This document shows, one piece after another, positions 13,018 through 26,847 of a stretch of 64,000 bases of DNA; position 1 is the first letter of the stretch; every line of letters begins with the position of its first letter. This stretch comes from Eledone cirrhosa (taxonomy: Eukaryota). The notes below the pieces were generated by a model. It saw nothing but the letters and a program-made list of their open reading frames with translations. It had not been told where the DNA came from and made no database searches. Location: positions 26,412,001-26,476,000 of the forward strand of contig OZ024754.1 of assembly GCA_964016885.1 (NCBI GenBank), written 5' to 3'. The position numbers were made by a program, and so were the translations under genes.

Positions 13018-13365
13018 TTATTATTATAATTAGGGAGGCTCATATTGTTATAATATTGCCAGAAATAATAACAGAACACACTCACTGTTTGGTTTGGGTT
13101 GGTTTTCGCTTCTGTATCTTTTATATCTCCATAGTTAATATATTTGGCAATCAATGTTTGCCAAATAAATTAACTATGGAGACATTGATTGCCAAATAAA
13201 TTAACTATGGAGATATAACAGATACAGAAGCGAAAACCAACCCAAACCAAACAGTGAGTGTGTTCTGTTATTATTTCTGGCAATATTATAACAATATGAC
13301 CCTCCACATGTATAACAATATTTGTTTCAACACACGATTTCATATCAAAAACCTTGCAAAACAAA
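13018..13365 (+). mobile_element. Fold-back PLE terminal element, diverged relative of the 42893-46050 family
   Basis: Arms about 13034-13157/13182-13305; end ATGACCCTCC..TATAACAATA..GTTTCAACACAC..CTTGCAAAACAAAT resembles 45968-46040. Confidence 0.7.
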
Positions 13366-13430
13366 TATATATATATACGCGTATATATACGCGTATATAT
13401 ACAGCATATATATATATATATATATATATA

Positions 13431-15604
13431 TACCGTGACGATGGTCTTTTGACCATGACTAAGTGAAGACCTCGTGCTTGCGACAGGTTCAGAAAAGAAC
13501 TCACAGCCTTCTTTAAAGGCTTCAACCTCTCTATACAGGTTGAAGCCAATCTCTCGGTCGTTAATTACCTCGACGTTACCCTTAATTTATTGTATGGGTT
13601 GTATTACCCGTATAGAAAGCCGAATGATACGCTTAATTACATAAGTAAGCATTCCAACCATCCTGCCAGCATAACCAAGAACCTGGTAAGAAACGTTTCG
13701 TTGAGGCTTTCCCGTCTTTCCACCAACGAACGTATTTTCAACGACCATTCCACTTATTACAATGAAGCTCTTGCTCGAAGTGGATTTGTCGATAAGGTAG
13801 CATATACAGAGCACGAACATAGACATAGAAGAAATAGATCCCGTCGCATTTGTTGGTATAACCCACCATATAATATGGAGGTGGCCACACCATTAGCTAA
13901 GATCTTTCTTTCCCTTATTACGAAGCATTTCCCCCCTACACATAAATATAGTAACATTTTTAATAGAAATACTATTAAAATTTCTTACTCTACGACTCCT
14001 AACCTTGCACATAACATCACAGCTTCAAATTTAGCTAAACTACCTAGCCGTAGGAACACGTGCAACCCTGTAGTTAGTACTAACTGTAATTGTAAGAATC
14101 GGGCTGATTTGCCCCTATCCGGGAAATGCCTCTGTAGTAACATTGTCTACAAATGTAAGGTTGTAACACCCACGTCCCATAGGGCCTACATAGGGTTAAC
14201 CGCCAATAGTTTCAAGCAGCGTCTTTACATGCATACCCATTCTTTTCGTTACCCTCTAAGAAGGAATATGACGTCACTTTCAGCTCATATCTGGAGTCTA
14301 AAAGACAACCACACCCAATGTAAGTTACACTGGGAGATCCTAGCTAGGGCTAGATCGTATAACGGAAATAAAAGACCATGTGACCTCTGCGTCGCTGAGG
14401 CCCTGGAAATACTCTACGCCACAGACCACATCTTAAACAAAAAATCTGAGGCAATTTCGGCTTGTAAACATAAATTGCACAAAACTTTCCTGTATTACAG
14501 CCCCACGTTATACCCTAACGGATAGTACGATCTATACGTGGATATTTTACGTCTTGGTGTGGGAGCTAAGTATATGTTTTGTTTATTCCTTTACTTATTT
14601 GCATAGGTAAGTATATATTACCCGTATGTTTTGTGAAGGTACGTATACCTTCTCGTACGTATATATTGATTGTTATGGCGTATAATTTTATATTTCTGGT
14701 ACATAGGGTTTGACTATGTGTATACGGGAGTTTTGCGTCTGTGTGAGTATGCAGGTTCGTACGTATGGTGGGTGTGTGTATATGTCTACTTCTTGTTTTA
14801 GTTGACTTACGTCTCCGAACATTCGTGTATTTATATGTAGGTATGTGTGTGCGCTTGTTATATACGTATTTATTTATTCTTATACGTTTATATAATTATT
14901 TATTTATTTGTATACACGCATACACACACACACATATTTATATGCGCGTGGTTTTGTATACCTATGGTAAGGTTTTGCGTATGCTTGTGTATGTACGTGT
15001 TTGTTTGCGTGTATGTATTTATTTATTTCTCATTACTTCTGTATTGTATTTATTTACTTTGTTCTTAACTCTGTAGCGGTGATTCATTTGGTCTCCTAGT
15101 TAGAATTTTAGTCTACGACTTCTGCTATACGATTTACGTGGTTTTGTCTTGGCGTGCTATTGTTCCCCACGCTCCACATATGACGTATTATCTTCGTTTT
15201 TTCGTTCATTGCCAGAGAACGTCTCTATGCACCACCTAAGAGAACATTAGTCTACGACCTCTTTTATACCATGAACGTGGTTCTGTCTTTGCACGTAATT
15301 GTTTTTCACCGCTCCTATTAATGACGTATTATTCGTTTTTTCCCGTTCTTTGCCAGCGAACGTTACCACGAACCAAAGTATCGTCTTCCTGTCTTCTTCC
15401 GGTTGCAACGTTTTTTGAAATATCCAGTTCTGCGTTTACAGATTGACTTTGTTAGTATCAGAAGATCCCGTTAAGGGTGAAAGCAGCGATTCTTTGCTTA
15501 ATCTGTTATTTTAATAACTATTTGCTCTATGGTTCTTATATATTTGATATATATTTATCCTTATCGAGCCCTCTTTGGATTTTAGTCTTCAAATTTATTA
15601 TTAT

Positions 15605-15607
<3 letters not shown>
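13431..15607 (+). mobile_element. 5'-truncated Penelope-like element (RT C-half + GIY-YIG; Penelope/Poseidon-like), copy 1
   Basis: Starts at YRDDG; VNYLDVTL, IVYKCK..YIGLT..FKQRLYMH; long 3' UTR; (TA)n both sides; near-identical to 37959-40158. Confidence 0.9.
13590..14525 (+). pseudogene. PLE RT thumb + GIY-YIG endonuclease ORF remnant (311 aa)
   Basis: YRKPN..YISKHSNHP, WYNPPY, Cys cluster, VY..YIG; upstream frame broken by TGA at 13464. Confidence 0.85.
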
Positions 15608-15656
<49 letters not shown>

Positions 15657-15747
15657 GGTGTTGGAGGCTTAAAGCTGGTCGCCAGAGAAACGATTGTAAT
15701 ATGTCCAATAAATTCCATTCATCGCAACACTGATTCTCTTTTTTTCT

Positions 15748-15805
<58 letters not shown>

Positions 15806-15973
15806 CGTCCTCATCATTAAGTTATTTTTTCTCAGTTGTACGTATAGATCAATTAACACTTAGCACTCAACGTAATATACTTTGTAGGCTGTCAACCGGG
15901 TGCCGAAGGAGTAACATCAAAATACTCGCTCAGCACGTATCGCAGAATAAATAGAATATTACGTAATAGCTCT

Positions 15974-16036
15974 CTGATGAGGTTGTATCTATTGTAAAAT
16001 TGATACCACCGAAATGTGAATTACAGTAATGACATT
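15974..16036 (+). ncRNA. Hammerhead-like motif with poor stem I
   Basis: CTGATGA-GGTTGTATC..GATACCACC-GAAA-TGT..ACA-TT. Confidence 0.5.
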
Positions 16037-16645
16037 TAATAAAATGATAAAATTCCAACATATACATTATTCTTGATTATTATGTATGACAGACCATGCC
16101 TTTGTGTGACCAACACATCCATGTTAAACCCTGCACGTGCACACACATATATCTATATATATATATGCGCACACAGAATTCACCACTGTCGGTTGCGGGG
16201 CCCAATCTACATGAAGAACTCAATGTGATAAGAATGACTTGTATTTTAATTTCACTGTCCTAACTTCTTATATTATGGAAAAAATATATGTGTATGTATG
16301 TATATATATATATATTTGGAGGCCATTTCTCTATGTGTGTGGGTGTATGTATGTGTATGTGTGTGTGTGTGTGTATGTGTGTGCATGTGGATGTATGTAT
16401 GTGCATGTATTGCTTCCACCCCCTCACTGACCAGCAGCTGGCCATCTGGCCATTGCTAAATCTGACCTTTATAAAATAACCCACTCCCCCAAATAACTCC
16501 TCATTCACTACCAGAAAGGCACACAGCAGTCAACTTGCTGCTACCAAGATGAAAACTACTATGAAATCCCACACTGAATTTTATACTTGAATTTTCAAAT
16601 CTCAAATTTTAACTCTTCTTATTATTAATTTTCTTAATATTAATC

Positions 16646-16693
16646 AACATTTGAAAAGATGGCTTTTGCAGACCCATCGAAACCGGTCATTTT
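16646..16693 (+). ncRNA. Minimal hammerhead, U3-A8 core variant
   Basis: AACAT-TTGAAAA-GATGG-CTTTTGCAGAC-CCATC-GAAA-CCGG-TC-ATTTT; about 105 nt upstream of (TA)n. Confidence 0.6.
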
Positions 16694-16795
16694 TTATACC
16701 CTTTATTATTTCCTTACCATATAAAATTATATGTTTTTTTCACAAAAATGTATTCTGTCTCTTATATATTCCATGTGCCATTACCAACCTCAATT

Positions 16796-16839
<44 letters not shown>

Positions 16840-16841
<2 letters not shown>

Positions 16842-17294
16842 GATATTAAATAAATGGAAACTATATTTATAAAACCATATTTATTTCATTATATATATTT
16901 CAGGGATATCATATTAAAAATATGGTATGCCTTCTTCAGACAAAATACAATATAAACAGTCTTATAAATAGATAGATTTGACATACCTTACAACTTCAAC
17001 TTCCATTTAAAAAGTTGATTTGACTACCAAATCAACTTTTTAAATGGAAGTTGAAGTTGTAAGGTATGTCAAATCTATCTATTTATAAGACTGTTTATAT
17101 TGTATTTTGTCTGAAGAAGGCATACCATATTTTTAATATGATATCCCTGAAATATATATAATGAAATAAATATGGTTTTATAAATATAGTTTCCATTTAT
17201 TTAATATCGTATATATACTCCAAATACTTGTTGAGTGCTTTTATATCAGTTATAAATATTTACTCGTTGTAACCCAACAATTTAAATAAAACTT

Positions 17295-17298
<4 letters not shown>
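16840..17298 (+). mobile_element. Family B palindromic element, copy 2 (palindrome 16840-17210, axis 17025; 88-nt tail; hammerhead 17104-17167)
   Basis: Same outer arm boundary (ACGATATT) and tail as 3974-4434 but a different centre; core CTGAAGA, stem II AGG/CCT. Confidence 0.8.
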
Positions 17299-17338
<40 letters not shown>

Positions 17339-17429
17339 CATACTTCAATCGTATATATATATATATATGTATAATAAAGTCACGTGACACTGAAGATTGG
17401 GTTTACTACTGCAATGAAAAAATGCATGA

Positions 17430-18870
17430 AAAAATGGAGAGAAACAGGGGGATATTCCAGCACTGACCCTATTTGCCATATACTTTGCAATGGTTTTCTA
17501 TATTGCTTTCAGGAATTGCAAGTATGGTATTTGCATCTACTATCGAACCACTAATTTAACATCAGGCGCTTTGCTGTAAAAACAAAAGTCATAAGAGACC
17601 TCTTGTATGCAGATGATTGCGATCTTGTAGCGCACACAGAGATTGATATGCAGCACATTTTGAATGCATTTTCTGATCTTTGCACTGCCCTAGGATTGAC
17701 TGTCAGTCTCAAGAAAACCGTCGTCAGGTACCAACCTGCCCCTGGTAAGCAGTACAATGAACCAAATATCTATGTGTATGGTAAACGACTTGAAGTGGTT
17801 GATCAGTTTGTCTACCTGGGAAGCACTGTCAATCGATACAGCAATCTTGATAATGAAATTCCACTTAGGATTAGGAAAGCAAGTGGTGCTTTCGGAAAGC
17901 TAGAAAGGCGTCTCTGGGGTCGACGAGACATATGCAAGAAGTCAAAGGTAAAGGTGTACAAGGCGTGTGTACTCTCTTCTCTTCTTTATGCCTGCGAGAC
18001 GTGGGTCACATATCAACACCACCTTAAACAGTTAGAACGCTTCCATGAGATGTCTCAGACGGATCCATAGCGTTCAGTGGAGGGACCACATCAGTGATGT
18101 TGATATTTTGGAAGGCTTTCTGTGTGAAAGTATAGAAGCTCATGTGCCTAAGCAAAGACTCCAATGGAGTGGTCACCTTGCCAGGATGAAGGATTCTAGA
18201 ATACCAAAACAACTCTTTTATGGAGAGTTAGTTAAAGGAAAATGACTTTCACATAAACCAAAAATGAGGTATAAGGATTCGTTGAAAACCTCCTTGAAAG
18301 ACGCTAAAATCTCTGCTGATACATCGGAAAGCGTAGCTGCTGATCGTAATAAATGGAGTAAGACTGTACATGAGGGGAAAGTTGCTTTTGAGGCATCTCG
18401 AATCACATACTAGAAAGTAAAAAGGGATGTGAGGAAGGGCATTGCTGTTACATTTCCAGACAGCGAAGGTCGTTCTATGGCGCTGATATGCAGCGTCTGT
18501 GCAAGACTCTGCCTCAGCAAAGCTGGACTCAAAAGTCATCTTCGCAGTCATAAAGTGAGGCCAGTGGTTGACTACCAGGCTGCTGTCGGAGATGCTGCTC
18601 ATCATACCTGCCGAGCATGTGGAAGAGAGTGTAGATCAGCAGGGGGCTCAAACGACATGCAAACGTACATGAAGACCAACCGAAACCGGCTATTCCCAGT
18701 GAATGTTTTTATTATGGTTACCAACTCTGTGCAATATATTTTAGATCATTGGCTGGGCTACAAAGCCACATTCGATCGCAGCACCGTTAATTATTAATAT
18801 ATATATATATATTTTTTTATCGTGCAATGGCCATATTCGATAACGAGGAGGTAGCCATCATGTATGTATA
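17430..18870 (+). mobile_element. 5'-truncated, decayed RTE-clade LINE
   Basis: GEKQGDIPALTLF, YADD, FVYLGS, LLYACETW, RLQWSGHLARM..RIPKQLFYGEL, then C2H2 fingers; 3' stem-loop GGCCATATTCGATAACGAG..GCCATC and an ATGT-type tail. Confidence 0.9.
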
Positions 18871-18914
18871 TATGTTTACATGTATGTATGTATGTATGTA
18901 TGTATGTATGTATG

Positions 18915-21900
18915 TTCTTTTGGTTTTATAATTTCACAAAGTTTTACCAATAGAGAGAGAGTCGGTTTCTAACATAGACACAAGACTCTCTCATTGGAAT
19001 TTACACAACATCAACTAGGTAGATATGTATGTATGCATGCATGTGTAGATATGGATGTTATTGTATGTGTGGATGTGGATGTTTTGAGTTGTATGTGTGC
19101 ATGTGTATATGCTTTGTATCTGTACATGTGTATATGCAGTTATTAGATGCAAAATGTTTGGAATGTTTTACATATTTTTTACTGTTCCATTAATGGATTG
19201 TACTTGTCGTTTCCTAACTAGTTGTGTTCTTTCTGTTCCTGTGAAGCCTAGCTTCTCAAGATTTGTATTGAGGCAGTTACTTACATATCCCAGTGCCCCA
19301 ATAATCACAGGCATAAATCTGAAGGTGTAATCAGGGTGGAGTATCTGCAGATTTCTCATCAGTTCTGCATAAATATTCTCCTTTTCACTAATCTTTGCTA
19401 TTATATTGGCATCTGCTGGGCAGCTAATTTCCACTACTGTGCATGTTTTCTTCTCCCTGTCCCATATCACAATATCTGGTCTGTTATGCCTGCATATTAT
19501 TGGGGTTTTTACTGGAACATTCCACCAGTACTCTTTCATATTATGTACATGGATGTCTTCCACATTGTTGTAGCTTTTAATGTGTTTATTATCGGGGCTT
19601 TCTTTTTTACGAACTGCATTGTACAGTGTTTTGGCCACTACATCATGCCTCATAGGTAGATAGTACCGTGATGACATCTTTGGGCAGCTGCTGATGACAT
19701 GGGTGATATCCTCGATGTTAGTTCTGCAGAGTCTGCACTTGTTATCACATCTAGGTGTTTTGCCTGCATCCCTATCTCTTTTGTGAATCAGGTATTTCGT
19801 GCTAATCTCCTGTTCTTGGATTGCAAAAGCGTATCCTTCAAAGTGGGAGCCAATATAGCGGTTCTTCGTCCAAGATAGACTACTTTCCTTATCTATACTA
19901 CTCTCACTCTGGAGCTTCCTGGCAACATATCCATGCATGAGTTTTTGCTGATAGGCATGTAGTTTTTCATCCATGGATTCACTGCGATACTGCTGAGCGA
20001 CGTCCCTGGGTGTGAGTTTTTGATTATCACACAGGGAATATCTCTCAAGGAGTTCCTTCCCAACTCTCATAATCTTATCTGTTTCATGCAGATAGACTTG
20101 CTCGAGAAGCGGGCTCCAACGAGATTCGTAGATGTTGTCGGAGGGATATGATGCGACATTCAAATGTTGTCTGGACTGATGTTAGGCCTCTTCCTCCCTG
20201 CTTACGTTTCAAGTAAAGGCGGTCTATGTCACTGTTGATGTGGAAGTTTCCGGTATTGTTCAGTATTTTTCGAGTTCCAACATCAACTGCTCGGATTTCG
20301 TCTATTGTCCAATTGAGTATTCCAAACGTTGGTGTTAGGACAGGCACAGCAAACACATTGTGAGCCACTGTTTTGTTTTGCGCAGAGAGTTCCGATGACC
20401 AGATCTTTCTTAATCGGGTTACGCGTTCTTTATTACAGATACCATTATAGGATATGTTCTCATCTATCCCCAGGTATCTGCAGGAGTCGTCATCAGATAT
20501 CGGTGAAACAGTTATACCATTGATGACAATGTTGCTAGATTGGGTTGTTGTTTTTCCCCGCTTTACAGTCATGTATGAGCATTTATCTTGGCCAAACTCC
20601 ATTCCTATATCCTTTGAGAACGTTGTAACCAGGTGAAGATTTTTCTTCATCCCAACCATGTTCTTGGCATAGAGTTTCAGATCGTCCACAAAGAAGTTAT
20701 GGGTTAGGTTCGTATTTCTGTCCTCCTGTGAGCTAATGATGTATCCCTCACATTTCTTGAGCAGAAAGGACAAGGGGTTTAATGACAAGATGAACAATAT
20801 CACAGAGAGACTGTCCCCCTGAAATATACCCCTGCAATATTTTATTTTATCAGTGAAAATAGAGTCCTCCCTCTCTGTCTTTAACCTTAGGATAATAGTC
20901 CAAGAAGAAGACAGTCTCTATGGCTCTGACAATAATGTCTGGGACTTTAGCAAGTTGGAGGGCCTCTATCATCCAAGAGTGGGGAACAGAATCGAAAGCT
21001 TTCTTGTAGTCCAGCCATATTCTTCCTAAGTTGTCGCACCTCTGACATCGCAGTTTTGTTGATTAGGAGTTGTTCAGCACATCCCCAAACCCTTTTCTTT
21101 CCAGCTGCTTGTTCATCTGTGATGATGTTATTATTTTCACAGTGATCTTGGAGGAATAGGTTGAGGCAGGCTGTATACATCTTATATATCAGGTTCTGGC
21201 ATGCAATGGGTCGGTAGTTTTTTGCCAAGTGGGTGTCTTTGTTCTTGGGGACCAGTAACGTTTGTGCTAATGTCAACCATTCTGGTATAAGTGTATCTCC
21301 ATTAAGAACTTGTTGGTAGAGGTCAGTAAGATACCTCCGATAGAATATTAGTTTTTTGTACCAGTAGCCGACAATCATGTCTCTTCCTGGTGTTTTCTTA
21401 TCTTGGAGTTTTCCTATCACAGTCTCAAGGGTACCCTCACTTATTTCGTATGTTTTTGTTGTAGTGTAGGAGCAATAGTTCTTTCGGATTTCTCTTAGCC
21501 ACACTGCATCTTGGTTGAAATTCTTCTTTTCACCCCATATTTTTCTCCAAAAGGAATCTGTCTTTCTGGGATGGGGCCTCAGTGACACTTATTATTTTGC
21601 CCTTCATATCTCTATAGACTGATGTTTGGTTTCGTCTGAATCTTTTATTAAGCATTTTTCTTTCATCTACCTTCTTCAGGTATCGGCGTTTTTCGCTAAC
21701 AGCTCTCAATTCTTGTTTGAGGGTGATCAGCTTATATTGAAGAGTTCTGGTTCTACTGTTACCAAACATCATCTCTATTTTATTTTTCACTCTTTGTTGG
21801 TGAGGAGTGAGGTTTTTTGTGTTTGTTTGCATGTAAGGAGCATCGTCACATGTCCTATGTTCTTTCGTAGGTCAGCACTCTTTTTTTCTATTTTAGTTAT

Positions 21901-22031
21901 ATATGATGGTATTTTTGGTGGTGTTTTGTTCTAGTTAATATCTCTGCTATAACCAAGATAATGCTTCACTGTCATTGCTAAGGCATATAAACAGGCGTTG
22001 ATTTGCCAAAATGTTGGGGTTTTTATCTGTC
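18915..22031 (-). mobile_element. R4/Dong-clade RLE non-LTR retrotransposon, divergent, 5'-truncated, frameshifted
   Basis: NYRPIAC, FFVDDLKLY, CRLC..ITHVISSC, RHD, RPDIVIWD..VEISCP; bounded by (TATG)n on both sides. Confidence 0.9.
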
Positions 22032-22056
22032 GTATGTATGTATGTATGTATGTATG

Positions 22057-22090
<34 letters not shown>

Positions 22091-22107
22091 TGTATGTATG
22101 TATGTAT

Positions 22108-25100
22108 CTCTTTCTCTTAATTTCGAGTATATTTTTTTGACCGGCCACCTTCCTGGTGGCAAGGTTGTAAAAGAAAATAAATTGTCATCCCTTGAATCGC
22201 AAGAATGTTTTGCAAATTTTGAAGGTGCCAGCTATCTCAGCCATTTGTAGACTATGAATTAGGGAGCTGCGCTTTTTGTCCGCAAATCCAAGTTCAGTCA
22301 TACTTTGGTCCAAGCGGGTTGGTATATAACCCGTAGCTCCAATAATGATGGGTATGAAGGTAAAGGTGTATCTTGGATACTGGATTTGTAAACTCCTCAT
22401 CAATGGTTCGTAGATGTCCTCCTTCTCCTGTATTTTTCTGACAACGTTTACATCAAGTGGGCAGCTGATCTCCACAACATAACACGTTTTCAATGTGTGG
22501 TCCCAAACAACAATATCAGGCCGGTTGTGCTTTAATTTGGTGGCAGTTTTTATTTTCAGGTTTCACCAGTATTCCTTAGTGCCATCTATCTCAATATATT
22601 CCTCCTCGTTTGTTGTTAATTTTGTTTTCCGAAGTGCGTTCCAGATGGTTCTAGCTATCCCATCGTGTCTCATGGGGAGGTAGTAGCGAGATGACAATCT
22701 TTCGCAGCTGGCAACAAGTGGCTTACATCCTCGATCTTTGTTTTACATAGCCTACATTTATTGTCAGCTGCTGACCCTCCTCTTTTGTGCAGCAGATATT
22801 TGGTAGGGAGTTCTTGTTCCTGTATTGCATAGAGATATCCCTCAAGGTGTGATGTCATAAACTTGTCGGAACTCCATGCCAGGCTTTTTGAGTGGTTTAT
22901 CCCCTCTATGGTCTGTGTTTTACGCCTCAAGTATCCATGCACAACTTTTTCTGTAAATTGGTCAATTTTTTTTCATCTTGTTTGAACATTGAATAGGATC
23001 TTCCGATTTCTCTGGGTGAGAGATTTATATCAGGCTTTATTCCATATCTCTCCTCCAGATCAGTCGCTATTCTCATGATATATTTTTTTTTCATGCTCAT
23101 AAACCTGGGCAAGATGGTTGCCAACCTTTTTCCTCTGTTGAAGGTGTTGCTTCAGTGTTACCATCTGGGTCTCATATGTTGTTAATATTGATTTTAGACC
23201 CGGCCACCTTCCTTGCGTGAAAAGTATAGCCTATCCACATCACCATTGATGTTAAAGTTCCCAGTAATACTGAGTAGTTTTCGAGTTCTAACATCCATCT
23301 CACTTAGTTCTTGCAATGACCAGTTCAGCAGGCCAAATGTTGGCGTTAGAATTGGCACAGCATAAGTATTGTGGGCAATGTATTTGTTGTATGCTGACAG
23401 TTCTGATGACCATATTTTCTTTACTCTTCTGAGGTATTCAGTTCTGGTTCTCTCCTTATTTATGGGTCCATCATATCTGACATTCTCATCCTGTCCAAGA
23501 TATCTGTAGTTGTCACCTGACTGCAGAGGTTGTATTGTCAGGCCGTTCATCTCTAGATTTCTAGAGGAGGGCACAGCTCTTCCATGTTTTACTGCCAAAT
23601 ATGCACACTTGGACTCACCAAATTTCATTTTGATGTCGGTTGAAAATTGTATAATGAGGTCCAATTGTTTCTTGATGTCATTGATATTTAGCCCATACAA
23701 CTTCAGGTCATCAACAAAGAAAAGATGGGAGATACTTCTGGGCCCACTTCTTTGTCCACCTTGTTTCCTGAATAGGTAAGATAGTGGATTCAGTGAGAGA
23801 ACGAAGAGTAGCACTGACAAGCTATCACCCTGAAAGATGCCCTTCTGGTAATGTATCTTATCAGTCTTAACTTGCTCCTTCTCACCTCTAAGGATCAAAT
23901 TGGTGTACCAGTTCTTGGTCAGGTGTTCAACAACAGCTACCAATGGTTGTGGGACTTTAGCTAACTGTAAAGCCTTAATAATCCACCCACGAGGTACACT
24001 ATCAAATGCTTTTTGATAGTCCAGCCACACCACAGTCATGTTTCTGCGATTCTTTGTTGTTTTTTCCTGAATCATTTTGTTAGTTAGTAGGTGATCTATG
24101 CAACCCCACACCTCCCTCTTTCCACCAGCTTGCTCAGGTGTTATGATGTTGTTGGTAGCACAGTGATCCTGTAAGAACAGGTTAAGGCACCCAGTATATA
24201 ATTTATACATGATGTTTTGGCAGGCTATTGGGCGGTAATTTTTAGCAAGGGTGGTTTGGCTATTTTTGGGAATGAGGAGAGTAGTGGCAGTTGATAACCA
24301 TCTGGGAAGTTCTTGTGTGCCTTTAATGGTTTCTGTAAACAGCCGTATGAGATCTTGCCGATAGAAAGTGAAATTCTTCAACCAGTATCCTGTAATGAGG
24401 TCTGGGCCTGGCGATTTCCTATTCGACATTTTCTGTAGAGCTGTTTCCAGTATTGACCCATCTATGTCATATTGTTTTGTCTGGACATGTTGGCAGTAGT
24501 CCTGTTCCAGTTCTTTTAGCCAATTAGCTTGTCTGTTGAATCCGTCATCCGTTTCCCATACAGATCTCCAGTAACTCTCAACCTGTTCTTTTGAAGGGGT
24601 GTCGTTTACAGGGATTGAGCTTTTGCCACCGAAGCTGCGATAAACTGATTTAGGATCTATGGCAAACAATCTATTTAGCACTTGTCGTTTATGTGCTGTT
24701 AACTTATATTTTAGTCTTTCTGTTGTAGCTGTGAGTTGTTTCAACTGGTGTAATTTGGAGTTCAAAGTTTTAAATTTTGTATCTCCAAATCGTCTCTCTA
24801 ACTTTTTCTTTAGGTCTTCCTGGTGTCGTGTGAAGTTGCTCTCTATGTTGCATTTCATAACGACTGCGATGTGTGAGATACTTCGTCTCAGGGACAAAAT
24901 TTTGTTTTTTAAATTTCGCATCCACGCTGGTTCAGGCTTTCTGTTTGTATCTTGATTGCGTGGTTTTAGATGTGTGTTATATGATAGCAATGTGACAGCT
25001 GAAACATATAACAAAACATTAAGCGTTTCAAATGTCGTTTCTACACCTTTAGATCGTATAGCCTTCAGATAATTTCCAGCTATTTCGTTCACCGCTTCCA

Positions 25101-26340
25101 ATTCCAATTTATTGGGTTCTTTACTGATTCTGGTGTTGTATGGTTTGTCACTCACATTAAGGCTGTGTATCTCTTGAAACATATCGTTCCATATCACTTG
25201 TAGGGTGTCCACAAGTTTTTGGTGCTCTGTTTGTTCAGTAGAGTCATGAATTTCAGCCTCGATGTTGATGTGGTGACAATTACTACTAGAGTTAGCTGAC
25301 CTTTCTCGCTGTTCTTCAGTGGAAGTGGGATGGATTTCAGCAAAATTGTTGGTGAGCTGTTCACTGTTAGATTTAGCTGGCCATTCTCTTTGTCTGTCAG
25401 TGGAGGTGGGGTGGTTGTCTACAAGGGCTGTATTTGTAGTATCACTCAATTCCGTTAGATGTATCAATTTACATCTAATGATACGTTTTGCCTGTTCATT
25501 TAAATGCTTTGGAGAAAAGTCTAATTCTGGGTGTTTGGAGTTCCATAAAGTTTTTAGCCTTTGCATAAAACCGAACTTTTGGGGTTCAGATTGTTTGTAT
25601 GCTTCATATAATACTTTGTTAAGCTCGTAGCTCCACTGTATACAACGGTTGTAGTTGCGATTTGGTCGAAGGAGACTTGTACTTTTTGCCATGATGAGTT
25701 CGTCTATTCACTAATATTTCGTATTTATTTTTCAAAATAGTCGATGATCTTCTTTAAAAGTTTCGACAAAGTTCTGTCAGAATCAAATTTAAAGTTATTC
25801 ACAGCTTTTTAAATTTAAAGTTATTCACTTCTTTTCAGTTAGTTTTTAATTCTACAACTGTGTTTTAAACGTTGTTCTTGAATCGTTTGAATCGAGAACA
25901 AAAAGAACCGTTACTTAGTATATTCCTTTATGAATGTAATATAATATAACAACGCTGTATTTATATGTTAAAGTTTATGTATCATTCATATAAATAGGTG
26001 TTCTACAACTTATTCACAACATATTCACAGTTCAAACACTTATGTTTTTGTTTCTGAATCGAAAACGTTACTTGTATATTTCTTTATAAATGTAATATAA
26101 CAACGTTGCATTTATATGTTAAAGTATATGTATCGTTCATATATCATAAGTGTATGTATCGTTCATATAAATAGGTATTTTACAACACACTTACAGTTCA
26201 GACACTTATGTAGAATTATTGTATGTAATCTTACCGCGTAATGTAGATCAACTTTTTCCAATATATGGTATGTTGCCTTCATGTAAGCCGTAATTACACA
26301 CGTCCGATTATCGGACACTGACCACAACGGTCGCCATTGT
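22108..26340 (-). mobile_element. R4/Dong-clade RLE retrotransposon, apparently full length, frameshifted ORF (25692 to 22185)
   Basis: Near-identical to 26848-31057; ORF split into 832/65/90/102-aa pieces; (TATG)n at 22032-22107 and 26341-26424. Confidence 0.92.
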
Positions 26341-26654
26341 TATGTATGTATGTATGTATGTATGTATGTATGTATGTATGTATGTATGTATGTATGTATG
26401 TATGTATGTATGTATGTATGTATGAATTCTAGGAGAAGGAAAACTCTGATATAACACCTGCAACCCTGATGGTATCCAATGATGTTGACTTGTTCTTCTT
26501 TTTGGTAAATATCATCTTGGTTAAGAGAGTGGGACTGGCTTTGTGCAGTGCCTTTCCTCACTATAAAAGCTTCACGGCACAGGCATTGCTTTATATCTGG
26601 AGATCTCTCTGCACTTGTCGTCACATGGTACCATGGGCCCAGCACTATGTGTCA

Positions 26655-26799
26655 GTAATTGTCACAAGTGTAGTGTTTGTACCAGAGTTTTCAAGTCGCT
26701 GGCTGGACTAAAAAGTCACACTCGTTCAGCGCTTCGGTAGGGGTTCTCCTACATGGATATAAAGTAGTGGCCGTACTCGAAAACGAGTTGGCAGCCACC
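26655..26799 (+). mobile_element. 3' terminus of an RTE-clade LINE followed by its (ATGT)n tail
   Basis: Encodes CSVCTRVFKSLAGLKSHTRS*; ends GGCCGTACTCGAAAACGAGTTGGCAGCCACC, homologous to the RTE ends at 18830-18860 and 40378-40410. Confidence 0.75.
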
Positions 26800-26847
26800 A
26801 TGTATGTATGTATGTATGTATGTATGTATGTATGTATGTATGTATGT

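Noticed and set aside
13464-13466. In-frame TGA where the sister copy has TGC (Cys, 38005-38007): selenocysteine as in Naiad PLEs?
   Set aside because: The neighbouring codon is also mutated (TGC GGA to TGA AGA at a CpG), the copy is truncated, other Cys codons are normal and no SECIS was identified
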